A stretch of 64,000 nucleotides of DNA. It comes from an uncultured Alphaproteobacteria bacterium. Its GTDB lineage: Bacteria > Pseudomonadota > Alphaproteobacteria > RF32 > CAG-239. The number at the start of each line of letters is the position of its first letter. Within the stretch, counting starts at the first letter, position 1. The position numbers were made by a program, and so were the translations under genes. The stretch lies in NCBI GenBank assembly GCA_934254925.1, contig CAKQMD010000003.1, positions 17,727 to 81,726 on the forward strand, written 5' to 3'. The notes beneath the pieces were generated by a model that was not told the origin of the DNA, ran no database searches, and worked only from the letters and a program-made list of their open reading frames with translations. Positions 55,974 to 64,000 of this stretch are shown in pieces.

Positions 55974-57581
55974 ATGGCTCGTCATCATTTCAATACAATC
56001 CTGTTGGCTGTCGCTATTCTGGTGGCTTTCGTCCCGGGGATTCGGGCACAGGTGGACCAACAGGCCATGGATGCCAGTGCCGATCAGGCGCAGGGTAATT
56101 ACGCTCCCATGAACATGGGCTATGCCGGGTTCAACTCTTTGGGCATGACGCAGGCCGCTTGGCTTGATCCGATGCAAAATCTCGGCGAGGGACAGTCGCG
56201 TCCGGCTTATTCCCGTTATTATTGGTCGCCGGATTTGGTCTTGCCTATCCGGTTGCGCGAAGGGATGATTACCTTGGTTAACTTTCCCGAATGGGAGATG
56301 ATTGAAGATATTTATATCGGGGACAACGCGACTTTTGACGGTCAGATTTCAGGTCCGAACACTTTGCTGCTTTATCCGCGCAAAGGTGCCAATGTCGGCG
56401 TGGACACCAACGTGATCGTGTTCGGTCGCTCCGGCAACCGCTATGTCTTTTACGTCAAGTCGGAAGCCGTTAACACCGAAAGGCTGACCAACTCGATTAT
56501 TGATATTGATGTGATCGGCGGTCAAAACGGTGTCGGCGGCGCAGGCGGCATGGCGTCTCTGCGCGGCGGTGCCAACGGCGGAACGACCAGCGGCGGAAAA
56601 TCCGTTGACGCGACTTACACCCGACGTTTCCAAAAATCGGACTGGTTGAAGGAAATCCCTGTTGATCCTTCGAAGTTTCGTTTTGACATTGAGGTCTATG
56701 TTCCCAATCCCGATGATGTGGTGATTGCACCCGAACGCGTTTGGAGAGATGATATTTTTACTTATATCGACCTTGGTAAAAAAGCTTTGAACATGATGCA
56801 GCGTCCGGTTGTCAGTATGATCGTCGAACGTGTTGAAGTTCCCGTCGGTTTCCGCACCAAGGGACCGGACAACCGCCTGATCATCGTCGAAGGTGTCGGA
56901 GATATGGTCTTGCGCAACGGCAAGCGGATCATTTGTCTGAAGCTGCGTCGTTCCGGCGCCAGTGGTTTGGAATATGCCATTGATGCCTCTGACAATTTGC
57001 CTCCGACTTGGGATGTCCCGGCCCCGCTCCCCGATCAAAACACCAGAGCTTTCGGCAATCAGCCCCAAGGAATGACAACGCCGATCCCTCAACAGGGTGC
57101 GCAGATTCCCGGACAATATGACATTCAGGTCGGACAATCTCAGGTTATTGTGCCACAATATAAAGGGGTGGCTGGCGGCAACAACGGCGTTAACGTCAAT
57201 TATCAAGGAGCCGCGGCGAATTTTGATTATTCAAAGATGCAGCGGATCAGCAATTCCGGCAACTATGACGCTAATAACCCCTATAAGCAGTTTGGCTATG
57301 GGTCCGGCTTCAGCGACGGCAATTCCAATATTTCGATTGAGTTGGGCACGGACGCCAACGTCGGCAATCTTGAAAACCTCTGGAACGACCTGTCGTCTCA
57401 ATATGGGCAAGACCTTGAGCGCTATGAACCGTTTTATTCGGTAGACGCGCCGGCGGATGGACAAGGCAAAGAGCTGTTTCATTTGCGCGTCGGTCCGGTG
57501 AAAACCTTGGAAGAAGGCGATCGCGTCTGCAGTAAACTCGGACGCAACGGAATATTCTGCAGTGTGGTAAGGACCCAATGA
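55974..57581 (+). CDS. virB9: VirB9/TrbG/CagX-like protein fused to a C-terminal SPOR-like domain
   Basis: I prefer ATG 55974, which gives the signal MARHHFNTILLAVAILVAFVPGIRA/Q. VirB9 N-domain: IRLREGMITLVNFPEWEMIEDIYIGDNATFDG...NVIVFGRSGNRYVFYVKS. C-domain: VWRDDIFTYIDLG...RPVVSMIVERVEVPVGFR. A Q/G/N-rich linker follows. The last ~75 aa (ISIELGTDANVGNLENLWNDL...FHLRVGPVKTLEEGDRVCSKLGRNGIFCSVVR) fit the SPOR pattern. Confidence 0.8.
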   Translation: MARHHFNTILLAVAILVAFVPGIRAQVDQQAMDASADQAQGNYAPMNMGYAGFNSLGMTQAAWLDPMQNLGEGQSRPAYSRYYWSPDLVLPIRLREGMITLVNFPEWEMIEDIYIGDNATFDGQISGPNTLLLYPRKGANVGVDTNVIVFGRSGNRYVFYVKSEAVNTERLTNSIIDIDVIGGQNGVGGAGGMASLRGGANGGTTSGGKSVDATYTRRFQKSDWLKEIPVDPSKFRFDIEVYVPNPDDVVIAPERVWRDDIFTYIDLGKKALNMMQRPVVSMIVERVEVPVGFRTKGPDNRLIIVEGVGDMVLRNGKRIICLKLRRSGASGLEYAIDASDNLPPTWDVPAPLPDQNTRAFGNQPQGMTTPIPQQGAQIPGQYDIQVGQSQVIVPQYKGVAGGNNGVNVNYQGAAANFDYSKMQRISNSGNYDANNPYKQFGYGSGFSDGNSNISIELGTDANVGNLENLWNDLSSQYGQDLERYEPFYSVDAPADGQGKELFHLRVGPVKTLEEGDRVCSKLGRNGIFCSVVRTQ

Positions 57582-60500
57582 GCAAAGAAGTCTTAACACA
57601 TTCCGAGAAATATATTCGTAAGACCAATCGTATCATTTTGACGATTGGTATTACTTCTTTAATTATCTTTATTTTCGGTGTTATTCTTCTGATCAAGAGT
57701 AACCGTTCCGGTGAGCAGTACGAAGAGCCGGTTTTCACGGACAATGCCGATGTTTTGAATATGGAGAGCGCTTCGCCGCTCAGTCCGAGCATTGAGTTTT
57801 CTCCGGTGGACGACAGTGAAATTCCGCTGACAACCACGCCGGATCCCGTTTTGATGGGGCAAGTCGTCCTCGGGACGGATGCCAAAAACGTTTTGACTTT
57901 GGGAACAAACGGCAAAGCCGCTTTGCGAATTGTTTCGGTAGAGCTGGCGGATCCTCCGGCAGACGGTTTTAGTTTTGAGGATGGCTGTTCGGGACGCAAT
58001 TTGAACGGTGACGAAACCTGTAACGTCACCATGTCTTGGACTCCCGTCATTCCCGGAAACGTCCAAAATAACTTTATCATCACCTGGCATGAACTGAACC
58101 TCAGCCGAGAAAACGCCAAAGCGGCCAAAGTCCCGGTAACCGGCAATGCCATCCGTAAGGAAGACTGCAATTTCTGTGAGACCGCACCGACGCCTTCGGC
58201 GGAAAATGCAGCGCCGACACAAGCAGTTCGCTTGGCTATCGGTCCAAACGGTGAAATTCTCGGAACTATTGACGAAGACGGTTATGTCCGCGATGCCAAC
58301 GGTAATGTTATCGGGCGTTTGAACGGCGCCGGACTGGTCTTGGATAAAGACGGCAATATCACCGGCGTCGGCGACAACCGCCGCGTGGTTTATGATGAGT
58401 TCGGCAATATCATCGGCTATGTCAATCCCGACGGAACGGTGGTGGATGCCGACGGCAACGTCATCGGCCGCGTGCTGCCCGACGGAACGGTTGTCGACCA
58501 AAACGGCAACGTCATCGGTAAGGCTGTTGAAACAGGTTTTGTTTATGATAAGGATGGAAATATTATCGGCCGCGTGCTGCCTGACGGAACGGTTGTCGAC
58601 ATGAACGGCAACACGATCGGACGTTTGAATGCCAACGGCGAAGTCGTGGACATGAACGGTAATGTTATCGGTTATGTTACCAAACAGGGAAAAGTGGCCA
58701 TTGACGACAACGGCAATATGCTTGGTGTGGTTATGCCCGACGGCAGCGTCGTGGATCAAAACGGCAATACTGTCGGCCAGTTGAACGAAAACGGCGAAGT
58801 CGTCGGAAAGGCGGCCATCGGCACGGTCGGCGCCAGCCGCCGCTTAGCTTATGATGCCGACGGTAACGTCATTGGCTATATCGACGAGAATGGCAATGTC
58901 GTAGATTTTAACGGTAACGTCATTGGCCGCATGTTGGCTGACGGCACACTGGTGGATCAGAACGGCAATGTCATCGGCAAGGCCGGCGACGCCGCCAATT
59001 TGGTTTATGACGCCACCGGCAATGTTATTGGCTATGTCGGAAAGGATGGCAAGGTTTATGACTTTCTGGGCAATGAAATCGGCTATGTTGACGAAAACGG
59101 CAATATTATCGGCAATGACGGAAAAGTGCTGGGCTCTTTGGTCCCGCTGAACATGATTCCGATCACGCCGCAGGGCAAAATTTTGGGAACGGTCAAAAAC
59201 AACGGAACGATCGAAAATGCCGAAAAGCAGGTGGTCGGGCGTGTTTTGGCTAACGGCTTGGTTAAAGACCCCTCCGGATCACAGGTGATTGCCAAGATGG
59301 TGCGCGGCGGGTTTGTCGTTGGTTACGGTTGTAAACAGATCGGCTATCTCGACAAAGACGGCAAAGTCAAAAAAGGCAATGAAGAGACCAATTATAAAGT
59401 TTTGCCTGAAGGCATCATTGTTGCGCCGAACGGAGAATATGTCGGCGAAGTCGTCAAAACCGGCAACGTTTATGATCGCAACTGCATGTTTCTCGGTGTT
59501 GTGGACACCAACGGCATTGTTAAGGACAGGGCCAATCGCTACGTCGGCTGCGTTAACCCGGACGGCTCGGTGTTGGATGAAAAAGGCAATCATATCGGCA
59601 GCGTCATCAAATCCGGCGCGGCAATAGATTATGACGGCAATTATCTCGGCAAAGTCGCAGCGGACGGCCTGATTGTCAATGATGCCAGCTTGCCGGTCGG
59701 CTGCGTCGGGCCTTATGGCGATGTTTTTAACAAGAGCGGTGCTTATGTCGGTCGCCTTGTCGGTGAAAAATATGCCTTTGACTTGGACGGCAACTTCCTC
59801 AATCCGGTGGACGATCATGCAGAGGTTAAGATTTACGGCCGCCGTCCTGCCCGTCTGACGCCCAATAACCTGGTGATTGACGAGAAAAATCAAATTATCG
59901 GTACGGCGCTTGACGCCAAGTCCGTCATTTATGACGCGTCGGGAAAAATGATCGGCCGACTTTTCCCCGACGGGAAAGTCTATAATGAAAAAGGCGTGGC
60001 CCAGGGTGACATCAAGGGCGACGGCTTTAGCTTTTACAACCGCCGCCTCGGCGTTGTGTCGCCGCAGGGCGAAGTTGTTGACATGAGCGGAAAAATCATC
60101 GGCCGCGCCAATTATGACGGCTATGTTTTGAATCGTTTCGGGGATAATTTGGGCAAAATCAATCCCAAAGGCGACCTGATCGACCGCAAAGGCGAATTCA
60201 AAGGCGGAATTGTCACGCGCGGAGCGGCTGTCGGTTATGACGGTTCTTACATCGGTTACGGCGTTTCTGACGGCAGGGTCGTCGGATTAGACGGTGCCGA
60301 GCATGGTCGCGTCAGTTTTGACGGCAAAGTCATCGACGGCGACAATAAGGTCATCGGCGAAATCATTCCCGAAAACATTGTGACCGACATCGGAGGCCGC
60401 TACGCCGGCCGGGTCAATTCCCTCGGTGATGTTTATGACTTGAAGAACGACGTGATTACCGCCATTTTGCCGGGCGGCGCCACGGAACTGAACTTGAGCC

Positions 60501-60997
60501 TGCTCAAACGCGGAGCCGTCGTTGATTTCGGCGGCAACGTCATTGGCAGCGTTATGCCCGACGGAACGGTGATTGATGCGGAAAACATCGTGGTCGGCCG
60601 CGTTTTAAGCGACGGCAGTGTCATCAATCTGGCCGGAAAACTGATCGGCGAGGTTGTCGAGGGCGATATTGTCATTGATAATGCCGACAAGGTCGTCGGT
60701 TATGTCATGCTGGACGGAACAATTGTGGCCAAAGACGGCAATATTCTGGGTAGAACCTTGTCAAGCGGATTGGCAATTGACGCAAATGATAATATCATAG
60801 GAAAAATATTTAAGATCGGCGCCACCATTCTGGCCAACGACGGTTCCTACAAAGGACGCCTGGCTCCGGATGGCAAAGTTCTTGATGTTGAAGGCCGCGA
60901 AATCGGCAATGTCAAAAACAACGGCTCATTTATCGATCTGGATAAAAAAGTTTCCGGCTATGTTTTAAATGAAGTAGCCAAAAACCGGAGGAACTAA
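57578..60997 (+). CDS. giant bitopic repeat protein (1139 aa): cytoplasmic tail, TM helix, Ig-like beta-sandwich, ~50 short G-N-V-I-G repeats
   Basis: ATGA overlap with virB9. TM helix ILTIGITSLIIFIFGVILLI. Residues ~95-185 (VVLGTDAKNVLTLGTNGKAALRIVSVELAD...FSFEDGCSGRNLNGDETCNVTMSWTPVIPG) follow the ASH/choice-of-anchor-D-like beta-sandwich pattern. The rest is repeats such as PDGTVVDQNGNVIGKAVETGFVYDKDGNIIGRVL. Confidence 0.8.
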   Translation: MSKEVLTHSEKYIRKTNRIILTIGITSLIIFIFGVILLIKSNRSGEQYEEPVFTDNADVLNMESASPLSPSIEFSPVDDSEIPLTTTPDPVLMGQVVLGTDAKNVLTLGTNGKAALRIVSVELADPPADGFSFEDGCSGRNLNGDETCNVTMSWTPVIPGNVQNNFIITWHELNLSRENAKAAKVPVTGNAIRKEDCNFCETAPTPSAENAAPTQAVRLAIGPNGEILGTIDEDGYVRDANGNVIGRLNGAGLVLDKDGNITGVGDNRRVVYDEFGNIIGYVNPDGTVVDADGNVIGRVLPDGTVVDQNGNVIGKAVETGFVYDKDGNIIGRVLPDGTVVDMNGNTIGRLNANGEVVDMNGNVIGYVTKQGKVAIDDNGNMLGVVMPDGSVVDQNGNTVGQLNENGEVVGKAAIGTVGASRRLAYDADGNVIGYIDENGNVVDFNGNVIGRMLADGTLVDQNGNVIGKAGDAANLVYDATGNVIGYVGKDGKVYDFLGNEIGYVDENGNIIGNDGKVLGSLVPLNMIPITPQGKILGTVKNNGTIENAEKQVVGRVLANGLVKDPSGSQVIAKMVRGGFVVGYGCKQIGYLDKDGKVKKGNEETNYKVLPEGIIVAPNGEYVGEVVKTGNVYDRNCMFLGVVDTNGIVKDRANRYVGCVNPDGSVLDEKGNHIGSVIKSGAAIDYDGNYLGKVAADGLIVNDASLPVGCVGPYGDVFNKSGAYVGRLVGEKYAFDLDGNFLNPVDDHAEVKIYGRRPARLTPNNLVIDEKNQIIGTALDAKSVIYDASGKMIGRLFPDGKVYNEKGVAQGDIKGDGFSFYNRRLGVVSPQGEVVDMSGKIIGRANYDGYVLNRFGDNLGKINPKGDLIDRKGEFKGGIVTRGAAVGYDGSYIGYGVSDGRVVGLDGAEHGRVSFDGKVIDGDNKVIGEIIPENIVTDIGGRYAGRVNSLGDVYDLKNDVITAILPGGATELNLSLLKRGAVVDFGGNVIGSVMPDGTVIDAENIVVGRVLSDGSVINLAGKLIGEVVEGDIVIDNADKVVGYVMLDGTIVAKDGNILGRTLSSGLAIDANDNIIGKIFKIGATILANDGSYKGRLAPDGKVLDVEGREIGNVKNNGSFIDLDKKVSGYVLNEVAKNRRN
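58223..60970 (+). repeat. in-frame tandem coding repeats (about 17-19 codons per unit, about 50 units by manual count)
   Basis: Recurrent consensus roughly [DN]-G-x-V-[VI]-D-x-x-G-N-[VI]-I-G-x-[VL]. The 5' units are near-identical at DNA level. For example, the 36-nt stretch ATCGGCCGCGTGCTGCC[C/T]GACGGAACGGTTGTCGAC occurs at 58463-58498 and 58565-58600. Confidence 0.85.
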
Positions 60998-61000
60998 ACG

Positions 61001-64000
61001 TTGACAAAGGCCAAAAACATCATTTTCAAGATGCTGAAAACCGCGTTTTATACTGCGGTTATGGCCTTGTTGCCGCTGTTTTCGCTTTCGGCGCAGGAAA
61101 TTACCGCCATTGATTTTAACGGCGATATCTTAGGCAAAGTCATCCCCGACGGAAAAGTGGTGGGCTTCAACAATCAGCTGATCGGCAATGTGACGGCAGA
61201 CAGTCTGATTTTGAACTTTGACGGCGATCTCATCGGCGGCGTCGTGCCGCAAGGTGTGGCCATCGGCAATGACAATCAGTTGCTGGGAAAAGTCAACAAT
61301 GACGGTTCCGTGCGCATAGCTTCGGGAAAGGTTGTCGGTAAGGTCCTGCCCAATGGCTTGGTTGTAGATGATTATTTTAATATTATCGGCGCAGTTTTGT
61401 TTCCCGGTCTGGTCTATTCGGACGAGGGAAAAACCGTCGGCCGCCTGACCGGTGACGGCTTGTATACGGATTTGAAAGGCCAACAAATCGGCTTTATTTC
61501 GCCGGATGGCTATGCTTATCGCCGCGTGGGAACGGATTATGTTCTGGACGGCCGTCTGATTTCCTCTAAAATGGTTGTTTCCTTAAATGGTGACTTTATC
61601 GGTTCCGTTGTTCCCGGTGGTGAGGTTTCGGATTTTGAATCTCGGATCATCGGCCGCATCAAAGCCAACGGATTCGCCTATGATGAAAATAACCGCATCA
61701 TCGGTCGCATTGTGCGCAGCGGCTACGCTTTTGACAATTTCGGCCTGTACTTGGGTTTTGTGACCTATAACGGCGAAGTCGTTAATAAAGACAGCCTTGT
61801 CGGGCGTCAACGCGCCGATGGCCGTATCGTCAGTCCCGACGGTGCTTTGATCGGTTTTACCGTCGATATTGCGGCCACCGCGACAGATTTGAACGGCCGT
61901 TACCTTGGGCGTCTGATTCCCGGCGGTGATTTGGCCCGTGCCCGGGAGATGACCGCTCTGGTCGGTGCGCGCGGGTTGATTCACGATTCTTCCGGCAAAA
62001 CCGTCGGCCGATTGGTAATAACCGGTCCTTATTTTGATGAAAAAGGCGCTCTGAAACTGCATGCCTTGAGCAATGGAAGTGCTGTCGCCTTATCTGGGAG
62101 CCCGCTTGGCTTTGTCAAAGGTGGCGAAGCTTATGATTTTTCGGGCAAAGCTTTGGCTGCCGCAATGGGACAAAGACTGGTCATCGGAGAAAATAATCAG
62201 ATTTTGGGATTGCCGGGGATCAATGGTGTTTTGGCGGCTTCGGAGGACAAAAGACGTGTCTCTCCTTACGGTTACGTTTATTCGGCGGAAGGAAGCCTGA
62301 GCGGACGCAGCCTTTCGTTGGCGCCGTTATACGGCCAAAACGGTTTGCTTTTGGCCGAAGTGGGACTCAACGGCGAGGTAATCGGCAGCGGCGGCCAAAA
62401 TCTCGGACGATTGACGCAATCCGGTGTAGCCTTTGACGAACGTAATCAGTTTTTGGGAAAGAATATTCCCGATTTTTATGCCTTGGATGCTATGGGAACG
62501 TCTTTGGGAAATCTGTCCGAAACCAATCTGGTCCTGGATAATAACTTGGCCGTCAGCGGCCGTCTGTTGCCCGGGCATGCCGTCATTCCGTCGGACGGGG
62601 GCAATCAGACGATGCTGATGCCCGAGATCGGGCGTAGTTACAATCGGCCTTTGGCGCTGAATTTTAACGGCGACCTCTTGGGTTATGTTGGTGTTGACGG
62701 AACGGTTAAAGATTTTTCCGGCGCCGTCATCGCCAAAGTTGTCGATAATGGTCTGCTGCTGGACAATTATAATAATCTCAGCGGCTTTACGGCCTCTTAT
62801 ACCACCGTTGTCAACGATACCTGCAGTGTTCAGGGAACGATAACGCCTCGCGGTGAGGTCAGCAATTATCGCGGTGTTTACATGGGGCGCCTGCTCGGCA
62901 ACGGACAAGTCGTCGCCGGTAATGACCTGATTTCGGGTTTTGCCGTTGATTTGCAGCCGGTGATTGACAATAACGGCAGCTTGCTGGGAGCGGTAACGGC
63001 AGACGGCCGGGTTTTGAATATGGCGGACCAAGATCTCGGTTGTATTGATTATCGTGGTCAGTTACGCAATCCAGACGGTGCGGTTGTCGGCAAGATTGTC
63101 GAAACCGATCCCGTGATCGACTTTAGCGGCAATATTATTGGCCGCATTCAGGCCGACGGTAAATTTATTAATGAAGAAAGCGCTGCCATCGGCTATCTCC
63201 AGCCAAACGACAATGTCAATTCCTCCACCGGAAATCCATTGGGACAATTGTTCAAATATCGCGTGGCTTTTGACAACGACAACAAATATATGGGACGCGT
63301 ACTGCGCAACGCAATAGTCGTAGATCGGGAAAACAAGGAAGTCGGTCGGGTCGATTTTGATGGTTTCGTTCTTCGCGGCGGCCAAAAGATAGGTTACGCC
63401 CTGTATGACATGTATCTTTATAACGGCGAAGGCAAAGCGGTCGGCTATCTCTCTTCGGAAGGGGATGTCTTGGGCTTTTCCAATCAAAAACTCGGAATGT
63501 TAGATCGCGGTTTTATGTTGGATCGTGCCGGCAGCGTGATTGCCCGCGGCAACCGTGACTTTTATATTCGGGATAAGGAGCACCGCGTTGTCGGTTACTT
63601 GAATCTCAACGGCGACGTGGTTGATGCGGCCGGAAAACTTGTCGGAACCTTGGGCGAAGCCGGAGAAATCAAAAACGGCGAAGGGACGCTTTTGGCCGTT
63701 GCCACACCGTTGCAATATTATTCCAAACTGGCTTCAACCGCCAGCTATCCGCTGGTTGTGGATGCTGACGGCAAGACGGTTGGCCGCTTGGATGAAAATG
63801 GTAACATCATTGATAAAAATAATAAAATCATCGGATTTAGAGACAAGGCCGGCCGCTTGGTCGACAGTTTAAACAATTTGATCGGCCGTTTTCTGAACAA
63901 TGATCCAGTTTACGATCAAGACGGCAACGTCATTGGCACGGTCAAGGCTGACGGAACGGTAGTCGATGCCAATGGCAAAGTCATCGGTCGTTTGGATGAA
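61001..64000 (+). CDS. second giant repeat protein, secreted, at least 1000 aa (runs off right edge)
   Basis: My translation of the + frame from TTG 61001 (GGAGGAA 8 nt upstream; alternative ATG 61031) has no stop codon before the window end. Signal peptide ...MLKTAFYTAVMALLPLFSLSA/QE, then degenerate copies of the same repeat (DFNGDILGKVIPDGKVVGFNNQLIGNV..., ...DQDGNVIGTVKADGTVVDANGKVIGRL). It is absent from the ORF track because it lacks a stop. Confidence 0.8.
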   Translation, partial: MTKAKNIIFKMLKTAFYTAVMALLPLFSLSAQEITAIDFNGDILGKVIPDGKVVGFNNQLIGNVTADSLILNFDGDLIGGVVPQGVAIGNDNQLLGKVNNDGSVRIASGKVVGKVLPNGLVVDDYFNIIGAVLFPGLVYSDEGKTVGRLTGDGLYTDLKGQQIGFISPDGYAYRRVGTDYVLDGRLISSKMVVSLNGDFIGSVVPGGEVSDFESRIIGRIKANGFAYDENNRIIGRIVRSGYAFDNFGLYLGFVTYNGEVVNKDSLVGRQRADGRIVSPDGALIGFTVDIAATATDLNGRYLGRLIPGGDLARAREMTALVGARGLIHDSSGKTVGRLVITGPYFDEKGALKLHALSNGSAVALSGSPLGFVKGGEAYDFSGKALAAAMGQRLVIGENNQILGLPGINGVLAASEDKRRVSPYGYVYSAEGSLSGRSLSLAPLYGQNGLLLAEVGLNGEVIGSGGQNLGRLTQSGVAFDERNQFLGKNIPDFYALDAMGTSLGNLSETNLVLDNNLAVSGRLLPGHAVIPSDGGNQTMLMPEIGRSYNRPLALNFNGDLLGYVGVDGTVKDFSGAVIAKVVDNGLLLDNYNNLSGFTASYTTVVNDTCSVQGTITPRGEVSNYRGVYMGRLLGNGQVVAGNDLISGFAVDLQPVIDNNGSLLGAVTADGRVLNMADQDLGCIDYRGQLRNPDGAVVGKIVETDPVIDFSGNIIGRIQADGKFINEESAAIGYLQPNDNVNSSTGNPLGQLFKYRVAFDNDNKYMGRVLRNAIVVDRENKEVGRVDFDGFVLRGGQKIGYALYDMYLYNGEGKAVGYLSSEGDVLGFSNQKLGMLDRGFMLDRAGSVIARGNRDFYIRDKEHRVVGYLNLNGDVVDAAGKLVGTLGEAGEIKNGEGTLLAVATPLQYYSKLASTASYPLVVDADGKTVGRLDENGNIIDKNNKIIGFRDKAGRLVDSLNNLIGRFLNNDPVYDQDGNVIGTVKADGTVVDANGKVIGRLDE

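Noticed and set aside
57578-60997. Calling the 1139-aa protein VirB10
   Set aside because: It has VirB10-like position and N-terminal topology, but it ends (…YVLNEVAKNRRN) without anything resembling the conserved C-terminal VirB10/TrbI barrel. It is kept as a novel repeat protein. A VirB10 domain may still lie beyond the window.
22090-64000. Calling the whole pilus+T4SS region an integrative conjugative element or plasmid segment
   Set aside because: The window contains no integrase, relaxase, coupling protein, replication or partition genes, tRNA target or flanking direct repeats. Apart from local AT-rich patches, its composition resembles the housekeeping part. The right boundary is not visible, so mobility is left open rather than asserted.

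Overview
This is a chromosomal segment, probably alphaproteobacterial. That assignment is an inference from Caulobacter-type flagellin termini and the sequence style of GyrB, PolA and Gpt. It has three parts.

(1) 1-23 kb holds housekeeping genes: a gpmI fragment, a class A PBP, polA, gyrB, a porin, an OmpR-type regulator, a flavin oxidoreductase, an ABC exporter, a TlpA-like thioredoxin and gpt. Among them sit an orphan double-length flagellin, a vWA/PP2C/Ser-Thr-kinase (TerY-P type) operon and a few orphan ORFs.

(2) 22-37.8 kb is a minus-strand type IVb pilus cluster syntenic with R64/PAPI-1 pilL-N-O-P-Q-R-S. It ends in a pilin-fold protein without a prepilin cleavage site and four tandem, individually terminated pilin paralogues. 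Beside it lie a convergent LtaS-family transferase and a stand-alone PilT/DotB-like ATPase.

(3) 38.1-64 kb is transcribed divergently from the pilus cluster and is a very unusual VirB/Trb-type type IV secretion locus.
- VirB2, B3, B4, B5-like, B7-like, two VirB8 and VirB9 are recognisable.
- VirB2 occurs as a graded series of 113, 230 and 1459 aa. The last is a pilin fused to more than 1100 aa of coiled coil.
- The VirB6 slot holds four secreted coiled-coil proteins of up to 1318 aa.
- VirB9 carries a C-terminal SPOR-like domain.
- The VirB10 slot holds two giant proteins built from about 17-19-aa G-N-V-I-G beta-hairpin-like repeats. One is 1139 aa. The other is at least 1000 aa and runs off the window.

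I saw no integrase, relaxase, coupling protein, tRNA, rRNA or CRISPR. The back-to-back pilus and atypical T4SS island is the candidate undescribed system.
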